Shown: piece by piece, positions 42,101 through 50,571 of the stretch
Position numbering within the stretch: position 1 is the stretch's first letter
How the letters are laid out: each line of letters begins with the position of its first letter
From: Anaeromyxobacteraceae bacterium
GTDB lineage: Bacteria; Myxococcota; Myxococcia; Myxococcales; Anaeromyxobacteraceae
NCBI GenBank assembly: GCA_047602405.1
Contig: JASGHJ010000002.1
Location: 1,120,001 to 1,184,000, forward strand
DNA: 64,000 nt
Direction: 5' to 3'
Translations under genes and position numbers: made by a program
Notes under the pieces: generated by a model
What the model saw: the letters and a program-made list of their open reading frames with translations, nothing else
The model's database searches: none
What the model was told of the DNA's origin: nothing

Positions 42101-42847
42101 GTGGCAGCTCGAGCAGGTGGTGGGCTGCGCCGTGCCCGACGCGGTGAGCGAGGCGTGCAGGACGCCGGGGAAGGCGTTGCCGTTCGCGAGCTGCGCGTGG
42201 CAGGTGTTGCAGCCCGCCAGCACCGTCGCGGTCAGGGCCGGCGACTGGTGGTCCATCGACATCGGGAGCTTCTGCGGCTGGGCGGAGAGCGAGGCGAGGG
42301 TCGTGCCGACGTAGGCGGGCACGAGCCCCGTCACCGTGACCGCGCGCGCGGGGTCCCCGACGAGCACGCCGGGGGCGCCGGCGTGCGCCCACTCGGTGGT
42401 GTTGTGGCAGGTCGCGCAGTCCTCGCCGCGGGTCGGGATGTGGGTGAAGCCGGCCTTCGGGAGGCGGGCGAACGCGGCCGCGACGTCGTGGCAAGCCGCG
42501 CAGCCGGAGGTGACGCCGGTGTGCGAGAAGCCGAGCTTGACCGGCGGGTTGTGGCACGCGAGGCAGGAGGCCGTCTCGAACCGGTACTCGGCCCGGATGA
42601 GGTGGAGCCGGTCGGTCACGTCCTTCGCGTGCGTGTGGCAGTCGGTGCACGTGACGACGGCGAACGTGCTCGGATCCGAGTGGCAGGTCGCGCACTCGAA
42701 GGCGTGGTCGCCCGTGTCGACCGGGAAGTACCGGTGGGTCGACGCGGTGATGCCCTTCGAGTCGGCGCCGCCGCCCAGGTCGCAGGCGCACAGCGCCGCG
42801 AGCGAGAGCGCAGCGAGCGCGGTCGGGCGGGAGGTCGTCTTGGTCAT
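39182..42847 (-). CDS. Very large multiheme c-type cytochrome lipoprotein (29 CxxCH)
   Basis: 29 CxxCH motifs counted by hand in 1221 aa; N-terminal LAALCAC lipobox-like signal; Thr/Ala/Gly-rich. Confidence 0.93.
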   Translation of the reverse strand: MTKTTSRPTALAALSLAALCACDLGGGADSKGITASTHRYFPVDTGDHAFECATCHSDPSTFAVVTCTDCHTHAKDVTDRLHLIRAEYRFETASCLACHNPPVKLGFSHTGVTSGCAACHDVAAAFARLPKAGFTHIPTRGEDCATCHNTTEWAHAGAPGVLVGDPARAVTVTGLVPAYVGTTLASLSAQPQKLPMSMDHQSPALTATVLAGCNTCHAQLANGNAFPGVLHASLTASGTAQPTTCSSCHADAMPVGFVGPTATSPARSPASGEMKHDAVAWVNGKPGTTPLLTSDCGACHVAPGATAASWATPRTGNGPAALYHASLGAQPASCLDCHANSRPTAAITTAVTAPPGQRTFDHANGATGECSTCHAGTGAGVTSWKGGKFHTAAAGTPSTCLPCHEGQRPTSTTGWLSTTFQTSPFDYGTNPAGVKHGNGMDCAVCHANPGTGQWGTNHNWAKGGFDHAARKPSTCMACHMSQRLDLQPGHTPAEWAALVTPNFDHATSGKGDCIGCHSKTVTRGAYVSYQLPGGDWRDASGYPGATIVSDPNSKVTITELLLTRTGTFVTGYTSTSLTLYGGMSHVSAGIPAAVSPGPESAPDNTKCWHCHAPYDASGNVLDFTTGTFHTALAGYKPTLNGAVSPLPQPTAHCSDCHAPMWPGGIVEAAGTNHLVSMDHSATFKAATVIDGVTANSVDDLDCSTCHHKPGPAAVGGAWNDGAFHKNIGAAVPADCVLCHYPLMASTAADVTSGTTYAMAHRAAVLTQQACEVCHTTALAQSTVASTAAQWKTGALHPKVTAQPTACLACHTGSAPAGTTQGTVAYAFPQGANGTSNTLQWMSHQATGVKGAECAPCHQADAKASGSAWSKASVYHVAGRTNAACSTCHGTANGNGTVQGTGNNLPAGVTDSTTKTTASAASGVVSTTLARIDHANSNVTTHECNFCHAQAGTSTAAGIAGKEWAQARFHASFTSTAPYVRNATTGRCSACHLGEKPGATFAAQDHSTFTNASTTKDCSECHDWPGTGSASAPNWLGAGAPALLTVGGFNVPAPPAPTTYVQAGLANLAHPDTAANPCSACHTGGIGGKAAIGYDHNSPAGVGTLITLQCNTCHEYGSDLVSTAWNKATTKASGAGDSRPYTLTSVTASYKGNTKTYTVDRHFLVDRAGAKLAVDCGNCHDAPAGLVTTSTGTTYTTRWAFKHPPENPKPAYCTLCHNPIPN

Positions 42848-43044
42848 GTCGTCACGCCCCAGCGTGAGGGCCGGCGGGGCTACCATTCATCGCCGGGTAA
42901 AACACTCTCCATGCTGCGGCATCCTGCCGCAAGATGGGGAAGTCAGTGGGGCTGTGGTGGAAGGTCCCACCCGGAGCGGGGAAGCGTTGAAATTCCTGGC
43001 GACACCGAGAGTGGAGTGTCGCCCGGGTGGGGAGGCCCACCCCA

Positions 43045-43401
43045 TCAAGGCCGCACCCCCGGCACGCGGCCCAGGTTCGCCTCGATCCAGGTCCCCAGCG
43101 CCTCGACGTGCGCCGCGATCTCCCGCCCGAGCGGCGTGAGCGCGTACTCCACCCGTGGTGGAACCTCGGCGTAGGCCTTCCTCGCGACGAAGCCGTCCTC
43201 CTCGAGCTGCCGGAGGGTCTGCGCGAGCATCTTCTCCGACACGCCGCCGATGCCGCGCCGGAGCTCGCCGAAGCGCCGCGTGCCCTCCAGGAGCACGAGC
43301 AGCACGAGGGCGCCCCACCGGCTCGTCACGTGGTCGAGCACGCGCCGGGAGGGGCACCGCGGGTTCGTGAGGTCGCCCTGGAGGAGGCCCTTCTTCGTCA
43401 T
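43045..43401 (-). CDS. HxlR / winged-helix regulator (YtfH/QorR-like)
   Basis: CPSR.VL..V.SRWG, RFGEL, VSEKMLAQTL, PPRVEY.LT.LG. Confidence 0.93.
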   Translation of the reverse strand: MTKKGLLQGDLTNPRCPSRRVLDHVTSRWGALVLLVLLEGTRRFGELRRGIGGVSEKMLAQTLRQLEEDGFVARKAYAEVPPRVEYALTPLGREIAAHVEALGTWIEANLGRVPGVRP

Positions 43402-43425
43402 GCCCCCATCCTAGCCGGATTCTGA

Positions 43426-43445
43426 TACTTACCGGAAGGTAGGTA
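43426..43445. promoter_or_regulatory. Near-palindrome TACTTACC-GGAA-GGTAGGTA, probable HxlR operator
   Basis: Lies between the divergent hxlR and oxidoreductase genes; one mismatch in 8-bp arms. Confidence 0.65.
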
Positions 43446-43558
43446 CTTGCCAGTGGGAAGCAGCGGCGTTACGGAACGCATGTCGGCGCGGGGAGCCTCC
43501 GCAGTCCCGGTGAACCCACCCCGCGCCAGCACCCATTTCCGAACGGAGCCCGCACCCC

Positions 43559-44413
43559 ATGATCCTCGTCACCGGCGCCACCGGCCACCTCGGCCGCCTC
43601 GTCGTCGAAGGCCTCACGAAGAAGGTCCCCGCCGCGCAGATCGTCGCCGGCGCCCGCACCCCCGCGAAGGCGAGCGACCTCGCCGCGCGGGGCGTCCAGG
43701 TCCGCCACCTCGACTACGATCGCCCGGAGACCATCGAGGCCGCGCTCCGCGGCGTCGAGAAGGTCCTCCTCGTCTCGGGCAGCGAGATGGGCCGGCGCCT
43801 CCCGCAGCACACGAACGTCGTGAACGCGGTGGCGAGGGCCCGCCCGAAGCTGCTCGTCTACACGAGCATCCTGAAGGCCGACCGCTCGCGCATCGGCCTC
43901 GCCGACGAGCACCTCGCCACCGAGAAGCTCGTCACCGCGTCGGGCGTGCCGTACGTGCTCCTCCGGGACGGCTGGTACATCGAGAACTACACGGCGAACC
44001 TGGCCGGCGCGCTCGCCTCGGGCGTGCTCCTCGGGGCGGCCGGGTCGGGCAAGGTCTCGCCGGCCGCGCGGGCCGACTACGCCGAGGCGGCCGTCGCGGT
44101 CCTCACGCAGGACGGCCACGCCGGGAAGACGTACGAGCTCGCCGGCGACCGGGCCTACACGCTCGCCGACCTCGCCGCGGACATCGCGAAGGGGAGCGGC
44201 AAGCCGGTCCGGTACCAGGACCTCCCGGAGCGGGAGTACAGCGGGATGCTGCAGAAGTTCGGCCTGCCCGCGCCGGTGGCCGACATGCTCGCGAACGCGG
44301 ACGTCGGCCTCTCGCTCGGCGACCTCGAGGACTCGAGCGGCACGCTCCAGAAGCTCATCGGCCGGCCCACGACGACCTTCGCCGAGGGCGTGGCGGCGGC
44401 GCTGCAGGGCTGA
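43559..44413 (+). CDS. qorB: NmrA-like NAD(P)H:quinone oxidoreductase (QorB/YtfG-like)
   Basis: ILVTGATGHLG, H.ATE, LRDGWY.EN, R.DYAEAA, YELAGD; divergent from HxlR. Confidence 0.88.
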   Translation: MILVTGATGHLGRLVVEGLTKKVPAAQIVAGARTPAKASDLAARGVQVRHLDYDRPETIEAALRGVEKVLLVSGSEMGRRLPQHTNVVNAVARARPKLLVYTSILKADRSRIGLADEHLATEKLVTASGVPYVLLRDGWYIENYTANLAGALASGVLLGAAGSGKVSPAARADYAEAAVAVLTQDGHAGKTYELAGDRAYTLADLAADIAKGSGKPVRYQDLPEREYSGMLQKFGLPAPVADMLANADVGLSLGDLEDSSGTLQKLIGRPTTTFAEGVAAALQG

Positions 44414-44665
44414 CCCGCCGCCGACCCGGTCGACGCCGCCCGGCGGCCGCGCCGGCGTACGCGACGGTACGCACGCGCCGCGGCACGGGCACCGCAAACG
44501 TCCGCTCCGGTACACCTGCGGTACCTCGCGCGGGCGCGTTGCTCCACACCCGACGTCCCCGCGCACCACCCCAAGCGGCCCGGGAACGGTCGCACCCCGG
44601 CGGCGCTAGTGTGCCGATCACTCACAGTCATCTATGGGGGTGGCTGTGCTCGCATCGAGGCAACC

Positions 44666-45571
44666 ATGAAGATCGGATGGCTCGCGGCACGAGGGCTGCT
44701 CGTGGCGGTGGCGTTGCTCGTCGGCATGGGGGACGCGCAGGCCTGGCACGTGGAGGGGCGGGTGACGTGCTCGGGGAACGGCCTGCCGCTCGGGAACGTG
44801 GTGGTCAACGTCGTGAACGTCGCGGACGGGAGCCTCCTGTCGGCGACGACCGACGACGACGGCAACTACTGGCTCGCGCTGCCGGATGCGTCGGCGTCGT
44901 TCCAGGCCACCCTCGACCTCACCTGGGTGGGCGGCGGCACCGTCCTCGCCCCGGGCCAGCCCGCGGGCTTCAGCACGACCGACGCGGACTGGGCGATCAC
45001 CCTCGACTGGGTGGTGGAGTCGGCGGGCTGCGGGCGCCTCGGGTGCTGGCTGACCGCCGGCGGGGCCAAGTTCAGCGGTACGCCGCAGGGCTACGCCGAG
45101 AAGGGCCCGCAGGTGAACTTCGGCGGCAACGTCTACCCGAGCTGCGACGTGAACGGCGGGCAGGGCGGCCAGTGGAACCACCTCGACAAGGCCCAGAAGC
45201 TCCACTTCCAGGGCAACATCATCCAGGTCGACCGCTGCGGGAACGTGGACGGCATCCCGCCCGGCTCGACCTCGCCGGTGACCCCGTACAACTTCATCGA
45301 GTTCAGCGGCACGGGCCGCGTGAAGTCCACCGCGGGCAACGGGGTGGATCTCCCGTTCGTGTGCTTCCAGGCCCGGGCGGAGGACCGCAACGAGCCCGGC
45401 TCGAGCGGGACCCGCGACGGCGCGAAGAAGGACCGCTACTTCATCCGCGTGTTCGACTGCACCACCGGCGCCACGATCATCATGCTCGAGGATCCGGCGC
45501 AGCCGGGCCCGACCGACCCCGCCGCCATCACCGACGGCAACCTGCAGCTCCACGTGTCGAGCTGCTTCTGA
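44666..45571 (+). CDS. Secreted protein: beta-sandwich (carboxypeptidase-regulatory-like) plus C-terminal post-COAP-1-like domain
   Basis: Signal peptide, G.V....P..V.V...TTDDDGNY, then WLTAGG...NFGGN...DRNEPG...D.YFI...GNLQLH. Confidence 0.6.
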   Translation: MKIGWLAARGLLVAVALLVGMGDAQAWHVEGRVTCSGNGLPLGNVVVNVVNVADGSLLSATTDDDGNYWLALPDASASFQATLDLTWVGGGTVLAPGQPAGFSTTDADWAITLDWVVESAGCGRLGCWLTAGGAKFSGTPQGYAEKGPQVNFGGNVYPSCDVNGGQGGQWNHLDKAQKLHFQGNIIQVDRCGNVDGIPPGSTSPVTPYNFIEFSGTGRVKSTAGNGVDLPFVCFQARAEDRNEPGSSGTRDGAKKDRYFIRVFDCTTGATIIMLEDPAQPGPTDPAAITDGNLQLHVSSCF

Positions 45572-45635
45572 CCGGCGCGGGCCCCGCCGCTCGTCCCCGG
45601 GCGGGCGGCGGGGCATCCGTCGTAAGCTCCGCGGG

Positions 45636-46571
45636 GTGAAGGCCCTCCAGTTCGACGCCTACGGCCCCATCGAGCGGCTCGTCTTGCGGGACGTCCCGCC
45701 GCCGCGGCCGCGCGGCGGGCCGCTCGTCCGGGTCCGGGCCGCGGCGCTCAACCCGAAGGACGCGCTCTTCAGGAAGGGCCGGTTCCGGCTCCTCTCCGGC
45801 CGCCGCTTCCCGAAGTTCACCGGCGTCGACTTCGCGGGCACCGTGGAGGTTGCGCACGGCGAGCTCCGCGCCGGCGACGCCGTATTCGGCGCGCTCCACG
45901 AGTGGACCTTCGCGCGGGGCACGCTCGCGGAGCTCGTCGCGCCCAGGGCCGCCGAGGTGGCCCGGCTGCCGCCGGGCGTGGAGCCGGCCCACGCCGCCGC
46001 GACCGCGCTCGTGGGGCTCACCGCGCTGCAGGCGCTCCGCGACCTCGCGCGGGTGGGGCCCGGGGCGGAGGTCCTCGTGAACGGCGCCTCGGGCGGCGTC
46101 GGCACGGTCGCCATCCAGCTCGCGCGGCTCCTCGGCGCGCGGGTCACGACCGTCTCGAGCGACGCCACCGCCGCGCTGTGCCGCGCGCTCGGCGCGGCCG
46201 AGGCGGCCGGCTATGGCGCGCTCGACGACCTCCTGCGCTCCGGCCGCTTCGACGCGGTCTTCGACGTCTTCGGCAACCTGCGCTTCGCGCGGGCCCGCGG
46301 CGCGCTGCGCCGCCGCGGCGTCTTCGTCTCCACGGTGCCGAGCCCGCACCGCCTCCTGCGGGAGGTCCTGAGCCGGCGCTCGGCGCAGGAGGAGCGGCTC
46401 GTCATCGTGCGGCCGAACCGGGCGGACCTCGACGCGCTCGGCGCGTGGCTCCAGGCGGGCGCGCTGCGGGCCGTCGTCGACGGGCGGTTCCCGCTCGCCG
46501 GCCACGCCGAGGCCTTCCGGCGCCTCGAGTCGAGGCACGCGCACGGGAAGCTCGTGATCGACGTCGGGTGA
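45636..46571 (+). CDS. MDR-family NAD(P)-dependent oxidoreductase (quinone oxidoreductase-like)
   Basis: VRVRAAALNPKD, GVDFAG, TALQAL, VLVNGASGGVG, GKLVI. Confidence 0.92.
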   Translation: MKALQFDAYGPIERLVLRDVPPPRPRGGPLVRVRAAALNPKDALFRKGRFRLLSGRRFPKFTGVDFAGTVEVAHGELRAGDAVFGALHEWTFARGTLAELVAPRAAEVARLPPGVEPAHAAATALVGLTALQALRDLARVGPGAEVLVNGASGGVGTVAIQLARLLGARVTTVSSDATAALCRALGAAEAAGYGALDDLLRSGRFDAVFDVFGNLRFARARGALRRRGVFVSTVPSPHRLLREVLSRRSAQEERLVIVRPNRADLDALGAWLQAGALRAVVDGRFPLAGHAEAFRRLESRHAHGKLVIDVG

Positions 46572-46687
46572 TTGGCGGGGGGAGGGCGCGAGCGGGCGAG
46601 ACCCCTCCTGTACCGTCCGGTGCATTGCATCCTGCAAACAAATCACCCCGGGTGAATTCCCCGTTGGGGCGGGCTCCCGGCCCGAAC

Positions 46688-46701
46688 TTGACCTGGATCA
46701 A
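46688..46701. promoter_or_regulatory. FNR/CRP-family box TTGAC-CTGG-ATCAA
   Basis: 9 of 10 positions match TTGAT-N4-ATCAA; about 75 nt upstream of the ATG at 46776. Confidence 0.65.
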
Positions 46702-46775
46702 GCGGCTCTGGAATCGTGACGGAGCGTGCAAGGAAGCACGCTGCTCGCTCAAACCCCGTCTCTCCCGGAGTCCAA

Positions 46776-47732
46776 ATGACCAGGTCGTCAACGTTCGGGT
46801 TGGCGTCGTCCCTCGTGTTCGCCGCCGCCCAGCTCGCCGGCTGCGGACAGGAGCCCGCAGATCTCACCGGCACCGCCGAGGAGGCCCTCGCGCCGGTCGA
46901 GACCGGGGCGCCGCAGCTCGTCCCGCACCGGCTCAGGGGCGCCGCCGAGGGCGCCGTCACGGTGGGCAGCACCGGCGTCGTCACGCCGGCGATCACCCAC
47001 CACGGCGGCCCGGTCATCGGCACGCCGACCGCCTACGTCATCTGGCACGGCAACTGGAACCAGGCGAACGGCTCCGACAACGCCGCGGGCCAGCAGATCG
47101 TGCGGGACTTCCTCGCGAACGTGGGCGGCTCGCCTTACTTCAAGATCAACCAGACCTACTCGATCGCCTCCACCGCGGTGACCGGCAACGTCGGGTACGG
47201 CGGCGAGGCGACGAGCACGAGCACGAGCACCCGCCTGCGCGACGCCGACATCCTGAAGATCGTCAACGGCACCCTGGACAGCGGGGCGCTCCCCTACGAC
47301 CCGAACGGCGTCTACTTCGTGCTGACGTCCTCGAACGTGGCCGAGAGCTCCGGCTTCTGCACGAAGTACTGCGGCTGGCACACCGCCGGCACGGCGACGA
47401 AGGGCCACGTGCGCTACTCGTTCGTGGGCAACGCCAACCGCTGCCTCTCCGGCTGCGCCGCGCAGAGCGTCTCGCCCAACGGCAACGCCGGCGTCGACGG
47501 CATGGTCTCCGTCATCGCGCACGAGCTCGAGGAGGCGACGAGCGACCCGGACCTCAACGCCTGGTACGACAGCGGCGGCGCGGAGAACGCGGACAAGTGC
47601 GCCTGGACGTTCGGCAACTACTCCACGCTCCCGAGCGGCGCGGCCTACAACATGACGCTCGGCGCCCGGAACTACCTCATCCAGCGCAACCTGAAGCACG
47701 CGGCGAGCGGCGACACCTGCACCCTGCAGTAG
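46776..47732 (+). CDS. PHI-1/EXORDIUM-like (phosphate-induced protein 1) lipoprotein
   Basis: LAGC lipobox; HGGPV, YVIWHG.W, IVRDFL, VYFVLTS, GFC..YCG.H, Y.FVGNA..C..GC, SPNG.AGVDGM.SV.AHEL.E..SDP..NAWY, ENADKC, NYLIQ.N. Confidence 0.82.
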   Translation: MTRSSTFGLASSLVFAAAQLAGCGQEPADLTGTAEEALAPVETGAPQLVPHRLRGAAEGAVTVGSTGVVTPAITHHGGPVIGTPTAYVIWHGNWNQANGSDNAAGQQIVRDFLANVGGSPYFKINQTYSIASTAVTGNVGYGGEATSTSTSTRLRDADILKIVNGTLDSGALPYDPNGVYFVLTSSNVAESSGFCTKYCGWHTAGTATKGHVRYSFVGNANRCLSGCAAQSVSPNGNAGVDGMVSVIAHELEEATSDPDLNAWYDSGGAENADKCAWTFGNYSTLPSGAAYNMTLGARNYLIQRNLKHAASGDTCTLQ

Positions 47733-47808
47733 CGCGGCGGCGCGCCCCGGGGGGCCAGGCCCCGGGGCGTTGCGCGGCGGGCGCGCCCGTGGAACCCTGC
47801 GCGGCTCC

Positions 47809-48681
47809 ATGGGCGCGCTCGTCCTCACCATCCAGTCGCACGTCGCGTTCGGCCACGTCGGCAACGACGCGGCCGTGTTCCCGCTCCAGCGGCTCGGCCT
47901 CTCGCCGGTCGCCGTCCACACGGTCCAGTTCTCGAACCACACCGGCTACGGCGCGTTCCGGGGCCAGGTGTTCGCCGCGGACCACGTCCGCGAGGTCGTC
48001 GCCGGGCTGCGCGACCGGGGCGTGCTCCCGCGCGTCGAGGCGGTGCTCTCGGGCTACCTCGGGGACGCGTCGATCGGCGAGGTGATCCTCGAGGTCGTCG
48101 CGGAGCTCCGGGCGCTGCGGGCCGCCGCCGGGCTCCCGCCGCCGCTCTACTGCTGCGATCCGGTCATGGGCGACGTCGGGCGCGGGATCTTCGTGCGCCC
48201 GGGCATCCCCGAGTTCCTGCGCGACCGCGCGCTCGCCGTCGCCGACGTGCTCACGCCCAACCAGTTCGAGTTCGAGGCGCTCACCGGGGGCCCGCTCGGC
48301 TCGCGCGCGGAGGCGGTCGCGCGGGCGCGGGCGCTGCTCGGCGCCGGCAGGCGCGCGGTGGTCGTGACGAGCCTTCGCACGCCCGACGTCCCGGCCGGAC
48401 AGCTCGAGACGCTCGCCGTGGCGCCGGGCGGGGCGGTCACGGTCGAGACCCCGTTCCTCCCGCTCGAGCCGCCCCCCAACGGCATGGGCGACGTGTTCAG
48501 CGCGATCTTCCTCGGCGCGCTCCTCCGCGGCGCGGACGTTCCCGAGGCCGCCGCCCACGCGACCTCCTCGCTCTTCGGGCTCGTGGCGCGCGTCGCACCC
48601 GGCTCCCGGGACCTCCCGCTCGTCGACGCGCAGGAGGAGCTCGTGACGCCCTCGCGCCGCTTCGAGGCGCGGGCGGTCTGA
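47809..48681 (+). CDS. pdxY: Pyridoxal kinase
   Basis: IQSHV.FGHVGN.AAVFPLQR, VQFSNHTGY, LSGYLG, CDPVMGD, TPNQFE, NG.GD. Confidence 0.93.
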   Translation: MGALVLTIQSHVAFGHVGNDAAVFPLQRLGLSPVAVHTVQFSNHTGYGAFRGQVFAADHVREVVAGLRDRGVLPRVEAVLSGYLGDASIGEVILEVVAELRALRAAAGLPPPLYCCDPVMGDVGRGIFVRPGIPEFLRDRALAVADVLTPNQFEFEALTGGPLGSRAEAVARARALLGAGRRAVVVTSLRTPDVPAGQLETLAVAPGGAVTVETPFLPLEPPPNGMGDVFSAIFLGALLRGADVPEAAAHATSSLFGLVARVAPGSRDLPLVDAQEELVTPSRRFEARAV

Positions 48682-48706
48682 GTCCGCCGGCCCGCCGGGC
48701 GGGCGG

Positions 48707-49201
48707 TCAGGCCATCCAGCCCGGGATCGCGGCGGCCTGCTTCACCCAGGCGGACAGCTGGGCCTCGTCGCGGGCATCGTGCTCGCGAAGGTCGAGGTAG
48801 CGCACGTCGCGCTGCTTCGACGCGCCGGGCGGCAGCGGCTGGAGCGCGGCGCCCTTGAAGAAGGTCACCTTCAGGTAACGGTCGAAGCAGTGGAACGAGA
48901 GGAACCAGCCCTGGCCCTCGACGCCGTAGAAGGGCGAGTTCCACTTCACGGCCTTCTTCACGCCCGGCACGCTCCGGGTGACGACGCCGTCGACCCACGC
49001 GCCGAGCTCGCGCTTCCAGCCGGGGACGGCGCGGAGGTAGGCCTGCACCGGCGCGTCGCCGTCGGCCTTCGCGATTTGCGGGTTGCCGCCGGAGAGGAGC
49101 CTCGGGGGGCTCGCGTTCGTCCTCGCACGCGCCATCGCCTTCGGCCTGGGCTTCGGGGTGGACTTCGCCTTCGCAGGGCGGGGCTTCGCGCGGGTGGCCA
49201 T
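48707..49201 (-). CDS. DUF1801 (YdhG-like) protein
   Basis: LLSGGNPQIAK.DGDAPVQAY, KAVKWNSPFYG, W.KQA...PGW. Confidence 0.85.
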   Translation of the reverse strand: MATRAKPRPAKAKSTPKPRPKAMARARTNASPPRLLSGGNPQIAKADGDAPVQAYLRAVPGWKRELGAWVDGVVTRSVPGVKKAVKWNSPFYGVEGQGWFLSFHCFDRYLKVTFFKGAALQPLPPGASKQRDVRYLDLREHDARDEAQLSAWVKQAAAIPGWMA

Positions 49202-49365
49202 GCGCCGGATGCTCGCAGATCCGGGGCCCTCACCGGAAGTGGCGGCGAGCCGGAGAACGATCGGGTCGCGCCCCTCGAACCGGTCGGCCTCGCGCGCCCG
49301 CTCGACTCGCCCGCGTCCCGCCCGGGACCGATGAGAACGTCCGGCCCGCGCAGTAGAAGGGGATC

Positions 49366-50025
49366 ATGAGCAAGCTCCGGGTCGAATCCTTCACGATCTC
49401 CCTCGACGGCTACGGCGCGGGCCCCGCGCAGTCGCTCGAGCACCCCCTCGGCGTCGGCGGCGAGCGGCTGCACGGCTGGGCCATGGCGACCCGCACGTTC
49501 CAGCAGAAGGTCTTCGGGAATCCGGACGGCGGCGAGGCCACCGGCGTCGACGAGGCGTTCGCGCGGCGCGGCTTCGAGAACGTCGGCGCGTGGATCCTCG
49601 GCCGGAACATGTACGCGCCGACGCGCGGCCCCTGGCAGGAGGACGGCTGGAAGGGGTGGTGGGGCCCGAACCCGACGTACCACTGCCCGATCTTCGTGCT
49701 CACGCACCACGCGCACGCGCCGATCGAGATGGAGGGCGGGACGACCTTCCACTTCGTGACCGACGGCATCCACCGCGCCCTCGAGCGGGCCCGCGAGGCC
49801 GCGGGCGGCAAGGACGTGCGGGTCGGCGGCGGCGCCGCGACCATCCGGGCGTACCTGACGGCGGTGCTCGTGGACTCGATGCACCTCGCGATCTCGCCGG
49901 TGCTCCTCGGCCGCGGCGAGCCGCTCCTCGCAGGCCTGGACCTGCCGAAGCTCGGCTACGCGGTCGCGGAGACCTCGCGCAGCGAGCGCGCCACGCACGT
50001 CGTGATCGCGAGGGCGGGGAGGTAG
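49366..50025 (+). CDS. Dihydrofolate reductase / RibD C-terminal family protein
   Basis: ISLDGYGAGP, ILGRNM, FVLTHH, GGG, PVLLG.GE. Confidence 0.92.
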   Translation: MSKLRVESFTISLDGYGAGPAQSLEHPLGVGGERLHGWAMATRTFQQKVFGNPDGGEATGVDEAFARRGFENVGAWILGRNMYAPTRGPWQEDGWKGWWGPNPTYHCPIFVLTHHAHAPIEMEGGTTFHFVTDGIHRALERAREAAGGKDVRVGGGAATIRAYLTAVLVDSMHLAISPVLLGRGEPLLAGLDLPKLGYAVAETSRSERATHVVIARAGR

Positions 50026-50044
50026 GCGGCCGGGAGGCGCGCGC

Positions 50045-50506
50045 TCAGTACTCGCCCTTGATCACGAAGAACGAGCCGCGGATCGTCCCCGCGAGCTTCG
50101 ACTTCTGCCGGGCGAACTTGAACTTCGAGAGCTCCGCCGGCACGTCCATGCCGTCGGAGAGCTTGAAGCCGACGGCGCGCTTCTTCTTGTCCTTCAGGGT
50201 GTACAGCACGTTGATCGAGAGGCCGCTCTCGTAGAACACGTACGCCCACTTGATCCCCTCGACCTCGAACAGCGTCGCCTCGAGCGGCGGCGACGCGATC
50301 GCGAGGTCGCGCTCCTTCAGGATCTTGTGCACCCATCCGACCGTGCGCTTCGCCTCGTCCGCCGGCTTCGTCGCGAACTCGTGGTCGTACTTGTTCCTGA
50401 AGTAGCGGGCCTCGTTGGCGCGCAGGCCGGCGAGGGCCTTCGCCACCGGCGAGGACTCGAGGCCCTCGGTGGAGACGTTCTCGAAGTCGACGATCCCGGG
50501 CATCAT
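50045..50506 (-). CDS. Conserved hypothetical protein
   Basis: Clean ORF with genome-typical codons: LAGLRANEARYF.NKY...FYESGLSINVLYT...RAVGFKLSDG...FKFARQKSKLAG.IRGS.F.IKG.Y. Function not recognised. Confidence 0.75.
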   Translation of the reverse strand: MMPGIVDFENVSTEGLESSPVAKALAGLRANEARYFRNKYDHEFATKPADEAKRTVGWVHKILKERDLAIASPPLEATLFEVEGIKWAYVFYESGLSINVLYTLKDKKKRAVGFKLSDGMDVPAELSKFKFARQKSKLAGTIRGSFFVIKGEY

Positions 50507-50571
50507 GTCCTCCGCGATGAGCTCATCCGCGTGGTTCCACGGTACCAAGGCCGACCTCGCGCCGGGCGGTC

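Noticed and set aside
42848..43044. GEMM-I (c-di-GMP / cGAMP) riboswitch ahead of the cytochrome
   Set aside because: Conserved GEMM features (GNRA loop and receptor, GCAAA-type junctions) were not found on the coding strand.
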